The translations under genes and the position numbers were made by a program. This document shows, one piece after another, positions 53,873 to 62,746 of a DNA stretch of 64,000 nt; positions within the stretch are counted from its first letter, which is position 1; every line of letters starts with the position of its first letter. The notes below the pieces were generated by a model. That model was not told the origin of the DNA. It ran no database searches and saw only the letters and a program-made list of their open reading frames with translations. Source of the stretch: an uncultured Gemmatimonadales bacterium. Its GTDB lineage: Bacteria > Gemmatimonadota > Gemmatimonadetes > Longimicrobiales > RSA9. Where the stretch lies: the NCBI GenBank assembly GCA_963741945.1, contig CAVUKA010000001.1, forward strand, positions 416,001 through 480,000. Reading direction: 5' to 3'.

Positions 53873-54261
53873 GCCTTTCCCCGCTCCGAGAGGACCTGGC
53901 GCGCCGCCTGGTCCCACGCCTCGTGGAGGCCCTCGACCATCGCGATCAGCCCGTCCAGGCGCGCGCGGTCGAGCGTGCGACCGATGTCGGCGATCTCCCG
54001 GGCGAAGAAGCCGTACAATCCCGCCAGCCGCGACGCCAGCTCGCCGCCCGCATCGAAATCGAGCGACCCGAGCAGCTCGTAGACGATGGCGCTGGCTTTC
54101 TGCAGGCTATCGCTCTTTCCCTCGATGTCGCTGGCATCGACCTGCTTGCGCGCGCGTGCGAGGTTCTTGAGCAGCCCTTCATAGAGGAGGGGCACGAGCC
54201 GCTCCTGCGGGGCCGAGAGGACCCCGTTCTCCTGGTACGCCGACCGGCGACCTGTGTACAT
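53869..54261 (-). CDS. fliS: Flagellin chaperone FliS
   Basis: AYQ..VLSAPQERLVPLLYEG, ELLGSLDF..GGELA..L..LY, L.EAW. Confidence 0.93.
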   Translation of the reverse strand: MYTGRRSAYQENGVLSAPQERLVPLLYEGLLKNLARARKQVDASDIEGKSDSLQKASAIVYELLGSLDFDAGGELASRLAGLYGFFAREIADIGRTLDRARLDGLIAMVEGLHEAWDQAARQVLSERGKA

Positions 54262-54296
54262 GCTCCGCTCCGCTCCGAAGTCGCGCCTTCAGGTGG

Positions 54297-54323
54297 TTAT
54301 CGTCACGACCCCTGATTACTTGA
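54297..54323 (-). promoter_or_regulatory. sigma28-like promoter (fliS)
   Basis: TCAA-N15-GACGATAA overlapping the fliD stop. Confidence 0.6.
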
Positions 54324-57300
54324 GAGGCGGGTGATCTGCCCCGCCAGCCAGGAGGACTGCGACTGGGCGAGGGCGAGGGCCTGCTCCATGGCCGTGAAGC
54401 GCCGGACGAGGTCCTGACGGCGCCGCTCGAGCCGGGCATCCATGTCGTCGATGCGGTCGCTCATGCGCGTCACGTTCTCGTCCAGCCGATCGATGATGGA
54501 CTGGATCGAGCCATCACCGGTGTCCAGCAGCGACGAGAGCGCGCGGTCCAGGGTGGACGCCACGCCGCGGCTGAAGGTGATCGAGCCGCCAGCGAACGCA
54601 CCGTCCAGCTTCACCATGAGGCCGTCGGTGTCCGTTCCGGCCGCGCCCGTGAGCGTCCAGCCGGAGCCGGTGGCGACCACTCCGCCGATGGTGCCCACGA
54701 TGTCGGAGCCCCGCTGCTCGGTTGCGCTGGCGCCCAGGCCCAGCGCGCCCTCGTTGGTCGGGTCGGTGAGCGCGAAGCTGAAGCCCGCGTTGGAGCCGTA
54801 GGCGCCATGGGTCAGCACGAGGGCGCCGGTGGTCGGGTCGAGGGCGGCGGTGATGCCCGCGGCCGGCCGGCCTTCCGTCGCCACCGTGGTGCCAAGCTGG
54901 AGCGAGCCGCCGCCCGCGTTGTCCGAGCTGAGCGTCAGCTCCAGCAGGCTCGAGCCGGTGGCGCCGGCCGTGACCGCGAACTTCCCGCCGGCATCGATCT
55001 CCACGATGGCATCGCTGCCCACCAGGTTCTGCATGGTGTCGCGCAGCTCGCCCAGTGTCTGCGTGGCGGCATCGGCGATGGCGAGCGTCTGATAGAACGA
55101 CGCCCCGTCCGCGCGCCGGCCGCTGATGGTGATGCTGTCACCATCGTGCACGCCGGCGTCGGCGCCGCCCTGGAAGAGCTGGCCCCAGGTGGTGTCCGCG
55201 CTGGCGGGCGTCCCGCCGGCATCGGCGGCGAGGGGGGTGCTGGAGGTGATGGTGTGGACGCGCGCGGTCGCCAGCTCGGTCTGGAGCGCGCTCAGGAGCT
55301 GCGCCCCCGTCTCGCCGCTGACCAGGTCGATGCTGTAGTCCTTGCCGGAGCCGAGGTCCGTGATGGTCAGGGTGTCCGCCGTGCCGGTATAGCCGTTCGC
55401 GGCCAGGTCCACTGTTCCGGCGAGCGTGGCCACCGTGGCCGGCGCCGTCATGGCCACTGCGTACGTTCCGCTCGCGGTGGCCTCCCCGGCCGTGATGTAG
55501 CTCAGCCCCGCGCCCGTGGCGGCGCCATAGTCGCCGAAAAGGCGCGACAGGGCCTGGGGATCGGTCTCCAGCGCGCCGCGCAGCCTGGCCTCGTCGAACG
55601 CGAACGTCCCGTCCTTCTGCACGGCGATGCCGAGATCGCCGAGGCGGCTCCAGCTCCCGGCCACGCCCGTGTGAAGCACCGTCTGCATGGCCGAGAGCAG
55701 GCGCCCGCGCATGGAGCGGAGCGTGCTGTCCCCGGAGAGCGGCTTGTTCGACCCCTCGCCGCCGGTGAACTGGGCGGTCACGAACCCGGCGACGGCGTTG
55801 TAGCCGTCCACCATCGCTTTCACATCCTTCACCACTGCGTCAGCATCCCGGGAGACCGTTATGGTGCCGGCGCCGACGGAGGTGAGGCTGACGGAGACGC
55901 CCGGAATGGTGTCGGCCAGCCGGTTCGTGGCGCTGGTGGCGTACGCGCCGTCCACCACCACTTCGGCATCCTGACCGCTCACGATCTCGCGCGCGCGACC
56001 CACGGCCGTGGTGCCGAACGCGCCGAAGTCGAGCGCGCCGCCGCCCTCGTTGTGCGCCACGATGGAGAGCCCGAGCCGGCTGGCGCCCGTGGCCGCGTCC
56101 GTGACGACGATCCGCCCGCCCGCGACGTCGGCGGTGGCGGCGCCGTCGAACCCGCCCGCGCCGTTCAGCCGGGTCAGGACGTCGTCGAGCGTGGTCACGC
56201 CGGTGTAGCCCGCGCGGGTGGGCGCGCCGCCGCTCGCCACCACCTCGAGGTCGAGCGTGAACGCGCTCCCGTCGGGCTTCGTGCCCGCGACCGTGAACGT
56301 GTCGCCGGGCTGCGTGGCAGTGGCGCTCCCTCCGATGAAGAGGGCGGTGAGGTCCGTGCCCGCCGTGGCGGCCGCGCCCCCGCTGACCGCGAGCGCCGCT
56401 CCGGACGTGACCGTCTGCGCAACGGCGCCGCGGCCGCCCTCCAGCACGCCCAGCGCCCGCAGCGCCACGCCACCCCCCACGTCCGCGAAGTCCGTGGTGC
56501 CCTCGAGGTCGAGGCGGTACACAGTCTCGCCATCCACGGTGTCGCTCACCACGGCGGCCACGTCGCGGCCCACGCCGGCGTTGATGTCCGCCGCCAGCTG
56601 GTCGAGGCCCGCGGACAGGTCGAGGGTGAACGTCTGCCCGGCGATGGTCACGTCCGACGACGCGCCGCCCGTCATCCCCAGGAGCGTGGCCACGCCCGTG
56701 GAGCGGGTGGCGAAGTCGTCGCTCGTGGCCCCGGCCGTCGTCGCATGCTTGATGGACGCGCTGCCATCGGTGAAGCCGAGGAAGTCGAGCGGCCCGGGGT
56801 AGCCGTCCACCAGGTCGATCCCCTCCGCGCCCGTCCGCTGGCTGGTCAGCACCAGCTGGTAGCCGGCGCCCGAGCGCACCACCGAGGCGGACACGTGCGT
56901 GGCGCCCGTCCCGGTGTTCGCCGCGTTGATGCTGTACGCGACGTCGGAAAGGCCGTCCGACGCGTCCACGGCCACGCGCACGCCGTTGATCCAGAACTCG
57001 CCCGTCTTCCCCAGCGCGGCGGTGGAGTCGGCGAAGACGTCGCTGCCCAGCTTCTCCGCCGTGGCCAGCCGCCGGACATCGATGGCGTACGAGCCGGGCG
57101 ATGCCTCGGAGCTCGCGGACGCGGTGAAGCCGCTGCCGCTCACGGCCGTCGAGAAGACGTCGAGCGCGGTGTCCTCCGCCAGCGCCGCGGCGGCCTTCTG
57201 GAACGTGCCGAGCTTCGTCCTGAAATCCAGCCACGCGGCCGAGCGCGTCTGCGTGGCGGTGATGCGCTGCTGCAGGATCTGCTGCGGCCGGGACTCGACC

Positions 57301-57374
57301 TGGATGATCTGGTCGATCAGGTCCTGCCACTGCACCCCGCTGGCCAATCCGCTGAAGCTTGCGACCGGGTCCAT
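54303..57374 (-). CDS. fliD: Flagellar filament cap protein FliD (1023 aa, large insertions)
   Basis: N-terminal FSGLASGVQWQDLIDQI, GQDA..VDG..TN...IPGV, C-terminal L.RRFTAME..L..SQSSWL. Confidence 0.93.
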   Translation of the reverse strand: MDPVASFSGLASGVQWQDLIDQIIQVESRPQQILQQRITATQTRSAAWLDFRTKLGTFQKAAAALAEDTALDVFSTAVSGSGFTASASSEASPGSYAIDVRRLATAEKLGSDVFADSTAALGKTGEFWINGVRVAVDASDGLSDVAYSINAANTGTGATHVSASVVRSGAGYQLVLTSQRTGAEGIDLVDGYPGPLDFLGFTDGSASIKHATTAGATSDDFATRSTGVATLLGMTGGASSDVTIAGQTFTLDLSAGLDQLAADINAGVGRDVAAVVSDTVDGETVYRLDLEGTTDFADVGGGVALRALGVLEGGRGAVAQTVTSGAALAVSGGAAATAGTDLTALFIGGSATATQPGDTFTVAGTKPDGSAFTLDLEVVASGGAPTRAGYTGVTTLDDVLTRLNGAGGFDGAATADVAGGRIVVTDAATGASRLGLSIVAHNEGGGALDFGAFGTTAVGRAREIVSGQDAEVVVDGAYATSATNRLADTIPGVSVSLTSVGAGTITVSRDADAVVKDVKAMVDGYNAVAGFVTAQFTGGEGSNKPLSGDSTLRSMRGRLLSAMQTVLHTGVAGSWSRLGDLGIAVQKDGTFAFDEARLRGALETDPQALSRLFGDYGAATGAGLSYITAGEATASGTYAVAMTAPATVATLAGTVDLAANGYTGTADTLTITDLGSGKDYSIDLVSGETGAQLLSALQTELATARVHTITSSTPLAADAGGTPASADTTWGQLFQGGADAGVHDGDSITISGRRADGASFYQTLAIADAATQTLGELRDTMQNLVGSDAIVEIDAGGKFAVTAGATGSSLLELTLSSDNAGGGSLQLGTTVATEGRPAAGITAALDPTTGALVLTHGAYGSNAGFSFALTDPTNEGALGLGASATEQRGSDIVGTIGGVVATGSGWTLTGAAGTDTDGLMVKLDGAFAGGSITFSRGVASTLDRALSSLLDTGDGSIQSIIDRLDENVTRMSDRIDDMDARLERRRQDLVRRFTAMEQALALAQSQSSWLAGQITRLSSNQGS

Positions 57375-57419
57375 GAAGTTCCTCGCGTACGCGTTCGTGT
57401 GGATGCTGCTGGGTTGTGG

Positions 57420-57447
57420 GTATCGGCAGGCGAGGTCGCGAACTTGA
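57420..57447 (-). promoter_or_regulatory. sigma28 promoter (fliD)
   Basis: TCAA-N16-GCCGATAC. Confidence 0.7.
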
Positions 57448-57478
57448 GCACGGGTGGGAGGGGCGAAGAGAACGGCTT

Positions 57479-57706
57479 TGACACGAAGGGCGCGAAGGAA
57501 GGCCACGAAGGGCGCGAAGAACGGCGAACGGCGGGTCACGCGAAGGCGCGGAGAACGCGGAGGGGGTTCGGCGGGGAGCGCTGGGATCGGGGGCGGAGTC
57601 TCGGTCCCCGGGGCATGCATTCTGCTTGTGACGCTTCTGGCGGCGGGGAGGGCGCCTCGCCGGCAGCGCGCTTCGTGGGCTTCGATGCTTCGAGCTCTTC
57701 GTGTCA
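57479..57706. repeat. Non-coding element with imperfect terminal inverted repeats built from CGAAG units (MITE/REP-like)
   Basis: TGACACGAAGGGCGCGAAG..CCACGAAG at left, CTTCGTGG..CTTCGAGCTCTTCGTGTCA at right. Confidence 0.6.
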
Positions 57707-57722
57707 CGCCGTTGCCCGGGGA

Positions 57723-57767
57723 CAAAGAAGCCCCCCGGCGCCAGGGGGTGACCAGACGCCGGGGGGC
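57723..57767 (-). terminator. Rho-independent terminator after fliC
   Basis: GCCCCCCGGCG...CGCCGGGGGGC followed by TTCTTTG. Confidence 0.75.
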
Positions 57768-57800
57768 GAGACTCCGCTCGCGCGGAGCTTCGTTTCCTTC

Positions 57801-58919
57801 CTACCGCAGGAGCTGCAGGACCGCCTGCGGCGCCTGGTTGGCCTGCGCCAGCATGGCGGTACCGGCCTGCTGGAGGATCTGAGCGCGGCTGAGCTCCGTC
57901 ATCTCCTGCGCCATGTCGGCGTCCCGGATGGTGGACTCGGCAGCCGCCGTGTTCTCGATCGTGGCCTGCACGTTCTGGAGCGCGTAGTCGATCCGGTTCT
58001 GCGAAGCGCCGATCGTGCCCACTGCGGTGTTCAGCGTTTCGATCGCCGTGTCGAGGTTCGTGAGCGCCGTGCGCGCGCCCGCAGTCGTGCTGATGTCGTC
58101 CCCATTGATGCCCAGAGTGGTGGAGTCGACGTCGATCGCCGTCACGGACACCAGGTCGTCGCCGCTATACTGACCGCTGGAGCTGACCATGAAGTCACCG
58201 CTCGCAGTGGCGGAGACGACCAGGTCACCATCCGCCGCATTCCCGGCCGCCGTATAGTCGGCCGTGAGGTCCAGCGTGATCCCGAAGGTGGAGAATTCCA
58301 CGGACTGCGCGCCGTCCGAGCCGACTGCGATCGTCTGGCTGGCGGTTCCCTTGGAGACGGTGATCTCGCCGGCAACGGAGTTGTCCACGGCGTAGGTGCC
58401 GGCCGCCGTGCCGTTGATGCTGGCACCGTATACCGTGGTGCTCGCGGCCAGGACCGTGCTGTTCGCCGCGTCCGTATCGACGGCGGCGCCGAAGCCGCCC
58501 GCCAGCAGCGTCTGGCCGTTGAACGTGGTCGTGCTCACGATGCGGTCGAGCTCGTTCTTCAGCGACGTGAACTCGGCGTTCAGCTGCGTCTTGCTCGCCC
58601 CGCCGTCGGCGCCCGAGCTCGCGGAGTTCGACTGCGTGGCCAGCTCCTTCATCCGCTGGAGGATGCTCGTCATCTGCGTCGTCGCGCCTTCCATCACCTG
58701 GAGCATCGAGTTGGCCTGCTCGGCGTTCCGCGAGGCCTGCTGGAGCGAGCGAATGTCCGCGTGCAGCTTGTTGGCGATCCCCAGGCCCGCGGCGTCATCC
58801 GATGCCTTGTTGATCCGGAGACCCGACGAAAGGCGCCCGATCTGACGCGCTACGATCTTGTCCGTCTGCCCCAGGATCCGCTGGGTGTTGAGGGCCGAGA
58901 CGTTGGTGTTGATCCGCAT
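57801..58919 (-). CDS. fliC: Flagellin
   Basis: MRINTNVSAL, LSSGLRINKASDDAAG, C-terminal GASQNR..IRDADMA..QAGTAMLAQAN. Confidence 0.98.
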   Translation of the reverse strand: MRINTNVSALNTQRILGQTDKIVARQIGRLSSGLRINKASDDAAGLGIANKLHADIRSLQQASRNAEQANSMLQVMEGATTQMTSILQRMKELATQSNSASSGADGGASKTQLNAEFTSLKNELDRIVSTTTFNGQTLLAGGFGAAVDTDAANSTVLAASTTVYGASINGTAAGTYAVDNSVAGEITVSKGTASQTIAVGSDGAQSVEFSTFGITLDLTADYTAAGNAADGDLVVSATASGDFMVSSSGQYSGDDLVSVTAIDVDSTTLGINGDDISTTAGARTALTNLDTAIETLNTAVGTIGASQNRIDYALQNVQATIENTAAAESTIRDADMAQEMTELSRAQILQQAGTAMLAQANQAPQAVLQLLR

Positions 58920-59000
58920 GGTTGTTTCTCCATCCCTTGAGAGTGAACTCGGAGCGTCCTTGCTCCTCTTTTCCATCCGTCCGGCCATTTCCGACCGGCT
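58920..59000 (-). promoter_or_regulatory. Putative CsrA-binding GGA hairpins in the fliC leader
   Basis: CCGGTC-GGAAAT-GGCCGG, GGAGC-AAGGAC-GCTCC, and TCTC-AAGGGATG-GAGA over the RBS. Confidence 0.6.
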
Positions 59001-59008
59001 GAGTGTGG

Positions 59009-59035
59009 TTATCGGCGGAGGGCCCGGGGACTTGA
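59009..59035 (-). promoter_or_regulatory. sigma28 promoter (fliC)
   Basis: TCAA-N15-GCCGATAA. Confidence 0.85.
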
Positions 59036-59264
59036 GCGGACGGGGCTCGTTGTGCGGCCGGGCACCCTCTGGCGGCGGGGTCGCAGTCGCGGGCGGCTCT
59101 GCGTCATCGGCATCGGCGTGCGGGTCGGCGTTGCCTACGGGAAAGGCCGGGCGCGCCAGACGGAGCACGGGTGACGGACACGGGGGGAGGCGGGGAGGGG
59201 CTGGGGCTTGCGGCATCGCAGAGGGGCTCGCCCTGCGGCCTCGCAGGGGCGGTGCGCAGCACGA

Positions 59265-59300
59265 TTGCACTTTGTATGTTCGTGCTATAGCATTGTAGCA
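59265..59300 (+). promoter_or_regulatory. sigma70 promoter, leaderless, with palindromic operator-like site
   Basis: TTGCAC-N17-TAGCAT-N6-ATG; TGCTATA-GCAT-TGTAGCA inverted repeat in an AT-rich patch. Confidence 0.6.
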
Positions 59301-60538
59301 TGAAAATACTACGCGAGAACCCGTTCCGGATCGGTGGGGTGGTGGAGCCGCCGTTCTTCACGGACCGTGCGGAGGAGGTGGGGCGGATCCGGGAGGCGCT
59401 GGAGCGGGCGCCGGCGAAGCTGCTGGTGTACGGGGAGCGTCGGATGGGGAAGACGTCGGCGCTGCACGTGGCGCGGCTGGCGGTGGAGCGGGCGGGTGGG
59501 CGGGTGGTGTTCGCGGACCTGTCGACGGTGTCGTCGCCGACGGACATGGCGAACCGTGTGCTGGCCGCGGCGTCGCGCGGCCCGGGTCGGAGCTGGGGTG
59601 ACTTCGTGAGCGACGTGGCGGGTCGTCTGCGGGTGCGGCTGGAGCTGGTGACGGATCCGGCGACGGGGGTAGTGATCCCGTCGCTTGAAGCGGGGCTGCG
59701 GTCGCGGGAGATGGGGGAGCAGTACGACTCGTTCGTGGCGGTGCTGGACGCGCTGGAAGCGGTGGCGGAGTCGCGTGACGCGAAGCTGGGGGTGATCCTG
59801 GACGAGTTCCAGGAGATCCACCGGTTCGGCGGCGAGGACGCGGAGTGGCGGCTGCGTGGGGCGATCCAGCACCATCGTGGGATCGGGTACGTGCTGGCGG
59901 GGTCGGACGCGTCGCTGATCCGGTCGATGCTGGGGAGCGGGCGGGCGTTTTACGAGATGTTCGACCCGCTGCATTTCGGGCCCATGGACGCCGGGCATTT
60001 CGCGACGTGGGTGGATGACCGGCTGTCCGGCGCGGGTCTCCCGTGCCCCGGTCTGGGCGCGCGGGCAGTGACGGTGGCGGGGCCGAGGACGAGGGACGTG
60101 GTGCGGCTGGGGCGGGCGAGCTACGAGGCGGCGCGGTCGTGGGGCGGGGCTCGCGCGGGCGGCGCGGGGGGTTCAGCGGCCGGGCCAGACTGCGATCCCG
60201 CGGCGCTGGCGCGGGCGGGGCTGGAGCGGGTGGTGGCGGAGGAGGATGACCGGATGCGGGTGGTGTGGGACAACCTTTCGGAGCACCAGCAGAACGTGCT
60301 GCGTGCGGTGGCATGGGACCACGACGGCCTGTCCACCGCGGCCACGGTTCGGCGCTTCGGGCTCGGCTACGGCGGGACGGCGAGGAACGCGGCGCTGGGC
60401 GTTGCCAAGCGCGGTCTGCTGCGGACGGCCGAAAGCCGCTCCGGCTTCGCGTTCGACAGCCCGTTCGCGCGGGCGTGGGTGGTGCTCCACGCCCTTCCCG
60501 ACGCCGGCATCCTCCTGCCCATCGACCACCCGTTCTGA
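59300..60538 (+). CDS. AAA/P-loop ATPase (archaeal ATPase-like) with C-terminal winged-helix-like region
   Basis: NPF..G..F.DR..E start, Walker A GERRMGKT, Walker B VILDEFQ, LAGS sensor. Confidence 0.85.
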   Translation: MKILRENPFRIGGVVEPPFFTDRAEEVGRIREALERAPAKLLVYGERRMGKTSALHVARLAVERAGGRVVFADLSTVSSPTDMANRVLAAASRGPGRSWGDFVSDVAGRLRVRLELVTDPATGVVIPSLEAGLRSREMGEQYDSFVAVLDALEAVAESRDAKLGVILDEFQEIHRFGGEDAEWRLRGAIQHHRGIGYVLAGSDASLIRSMLGSGRAFYEMFDPLHFGPMDAGHFATWVDDRLSGAGLPCPGLGARAVTVAGPRTRDVVRLGRASYEAARSWGGARAGGAGGSAAGPDCDPAALARAGLERVVAEEDDRMRVVWDNLSEHQQNVLRAVAWDHDGLSTAATVRRFGLGYGGTARNAALGVAKRGLLRTAESRSGFAFDSPFARAWVVLHALPDAGILLPIDHPF

Positions 60539-60601
60539 CTCGCGGCGGGTTGATCGAACGGCTCCGGCGGTCTGTGCGGCCCCGGTCCGTCCGGTCCTTC
60601 G

Positions 60602-60634
60602 CCCTACCCCTTCCCTACCCCTTCCCTACCCCTT
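60602..60634. repeat. 11-bp tandem repeat (CCCTACCCCTT)x3
   Basis: Direct reading; includes the TAG stop of the EAL-HDOD gene. Confidence 0.85.
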
Positions 60635-61888
60635 CCCCGCCCCCTCGCCGGTGAGCGCGGCCAGGTAGCGATCCGCGTCCTGGAGGGCGTCGAGGTAAGC
60701 GTCGCGGAGGTTGACGTTGGTGGCGCGGGCGGTCTTGACGAGGGCGGGGACCTCGAGCCATCGGCCGGCCTCGTAGGCTTCGACGAGGGAGAGGATGGGG
60801 GCGAGGGGACCGGCCCTGCGGGCGAGGGCCTGGTAGACCTCGGGTCGGAGGTCGAGGCGGTCGAGGAGGTCGGCCATGGGGGCGTCGAGGAGCGCGTCCA
60901 GCCGGGAGAACATGCCGGCCAGGTAGAGCGCGGCGGCCTCGCCGGTGTGGCCGATGTCGTAGGCGATGCGCTCGCACATGCGGGCGCGGAGCAGGGCGCT
61001 GTGGACGAGCTCGCCCCGCGGGCCGCTGCTGGAGCCGCCGGAGGCGAGCATGAGGGCGAGCCAGCGGTAGAGCGATTTCCGCCCGAGCAGCCGGAGCGCG
61101 TGGCCGATGGAGGAGATGCCTCGGCCGCCCATGGCTGCGGAGTTGACCATGCGCAGCAGCTTGTAGGAGAGGGAGATGTCGCCGCGGAAGATGTCTTCCA
61201 GCGCGCTGTCGGAGGTGTCGGGGTCGTCCACCACTTTGAGCAGCCGGCTGACGTTGAGCTGCTCGATGGAGAGGTCCTTCCGGGCGAGCGTCTGGGGTCG
61301 GCTGAAGTGGTAGCCCTGGAACAGCCCGAAGCCGAGGTCGAGGCAACGCTGGTAGGTCTCGGCGTCTTCGATCTTCTCGGCCAGGAGCTCGGCGCCGTAG
61401 GGGCGGACGCGTGCGACGAGCGCGGCGAGTCCTTGCGGGGTGTGCTGGAGCACGTCGAGGCGGATGACGGAAGCGAGCAGGAGGAGCGGCTCGGCCTCGG
61501 GGCGGTACTCGAAATTGTCGAGGGCAATGCGGTAGCCGGCATCGGCGAGGCGCTCGATGGCGGCCAGGACGGCGTTCTCGAGCGGGACGGTCTCGAGGAT
61601 CTCGATGACCACCTGCTGGCGGTCGAAGAGCTCGAGACAGCCGTCGAGGATCATGTCGCGATCGACGTTGACGAACGCGGGTCGGTCCCCGGTGACATCG
61701 CGGAGCCCCATTCCGAGCAGCGAGTCCACCATTACGCTGGGCCCCATGACCTCGGCGGGCCCGTCGGCGTGGTCGGCGGTGCGGGTGCCGCGGTACAGGA
61801 TCTCGTAGCCGTGGACCTGGCTGGTGCGGTCGAAGATCGGCTGCCGTGCCAGGTAGATCTGTCGGGTTTCCGCGGCGTTCGTGCTCAT
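60626..61888 (-). CDS. EAL plus HDOD domain protein (YuxH/PdeH-like), degenerate EAL motifs
   Basis: ARQPI..GYEILYR, IEILE, ALDNF, LAEKIE, FQGYHFSRP; HDOD D.SLSYKLL..VNS. Confidence 0.9.
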   Translation of the reverse strand: MSTNAAETRQIYLARQPIFDRTSQVHGYEILYRGTRTADHADGPAEVMGPSVMVDSLLGMGLRDVTGDRPAFVNVDRDMILDGCLELFDRQQVVIEILETVPLENAVLAAIERLADAGYRIALDNFEYRPEAEPLLLLASVIRLDVLQHTPQGLAALVARVRPYGAELLAEKIEDAETYQRCLDLGFGLFQGYHFSRPQTLARKDLSIEQLNVSRLLKVVDDPDTSDSALEDIFRGDISLSYKLLRMVNSAAMGGRGISSIGHALRLLGRKSLYRWLALMLASGGSSSGPRGELVHSALLRARMCERIAYDIGHTGEAAALYLAGMFSRLDALLDAPMADLLDRLDLRPEVYQALARRAGPLAPILSLVEAYEAGRWLEVPALVKTARATNVNLRDAYLDALQDADRYLAALTGEGAGKG

Positions 61889-62745
61889 GAGCTGGGTCCG
61901 ATGGTGGTGGTCACGGGAGCGCCGACGGAGCTTTCCCAGCCGATCTCCACGGAGGGGAGAGTGTCGGTGCGGAACGGCAGGAGGAGCGTGGTGCGACGGT
62001 TCCTGGGGTCCGTGGGCCGGTCGGGGACGCGCAGGTTGCGGTCGGCGTAGCCACGCACTTCGAGGACTTTCGAAGCGCGGTAGCCAGCGCTTTCGAGCTC
62101 GCGTCGGGCCGCCTGGGCGCGGTCGGAGGAGAGATCCCAGTTGGTGTAGTTCTTCCGGCTGTACGGGACGGCGTCGGTGTGGCCCTCGATGATGATGCCG
62201 TTCCCGAGCTGGTCGAGCTCGGGGGCCATGAGGTCCAGGATGCGCACGGCCGCGGGATTGAGCCGGGCCGAGCCAAAGGGGAAGAAGGTCTCGCCCTCGG
62301 CGTTCTCGACCATCTCGATGCGGAGCCCCTCGTCGGTGATGAGGATGTCGATCTGGCGGGAGAGGTCCTGGAGCTCGGGGGTGCCGTCGAGCTTCTTCCG
62401 GATGGCATCGCGGGCCGCCTCGAACTTCCGGACCTGGGCCTCCTTCGACATCAGCACGAGCCGATCGACGTTCATGTTGGTGGGCGCATTGGCCACCGAC
62501 AGGATATTGCGTCCGGCCGACTGCGCCTTTCGGAAGCCGATCGGGTTGTTGAAGTACCCCTGCACCATGTCCTTGACGTTCTGCTCCATGCCCATGATCC
62601 ACATGACCAGGAAGAACGCCATCATGGCCGTGACGAAATCGGCATACGCCACTTTCCACGACCCGCCGTGGTGGCCTCCATGGCCTTTCACCTTCTTCAC
62701 CACCCGGATCACGGTGGGGGGCGGCTGCTGATGGCTGGCGCTCAT
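61885..62745 (-). CDS. motB: Flagellar stator protein MotB
   Basis: HGGSWKVAYADFVTAMMAFF, IEGHTD, NWDLSSDRA, RNRR. Confidence 0.96.
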   Translation of the reverse strand: MSASHQQPPPTVIRVVKKVKGHGGHHGGSWKVAYADFVTAMMAFFLVMWIMGMEQNVKDMVQGYFNNPIGFRKAQSAGRNILSVANAPTNMNVDRLVLMSKEAQVRKFEAARDAIRKKLDGTPELQDLSRQIDILITDEGLRIEMVENAEGETFFPFGSARLNPAAVRILDLMAPELDQLGNGIIIEGHTDAVPYSRKNYTNWDLSSDRAQAARRELESAGYRASKVLEVRGYADRNLRVPDRPTDPRNRRTTLLLPFRTDTLPSVEIGWESSVGAPVTTTIGPSS

Positions 62746-62746
62746 G

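Noticed and set aside
57479-57706. CRISPR array
   Set aside because: Units are 5-9 nt, degenerate and inverted, with no regular spacers and no cas genes
57375-57725. N-terminal extension of FliD (ORF track 1140 aa); likewise FliC (489 aa)
   Set aside because: Family N-termini begin at 57374 and 58919, and sigma28 promoters lie inside the extensions
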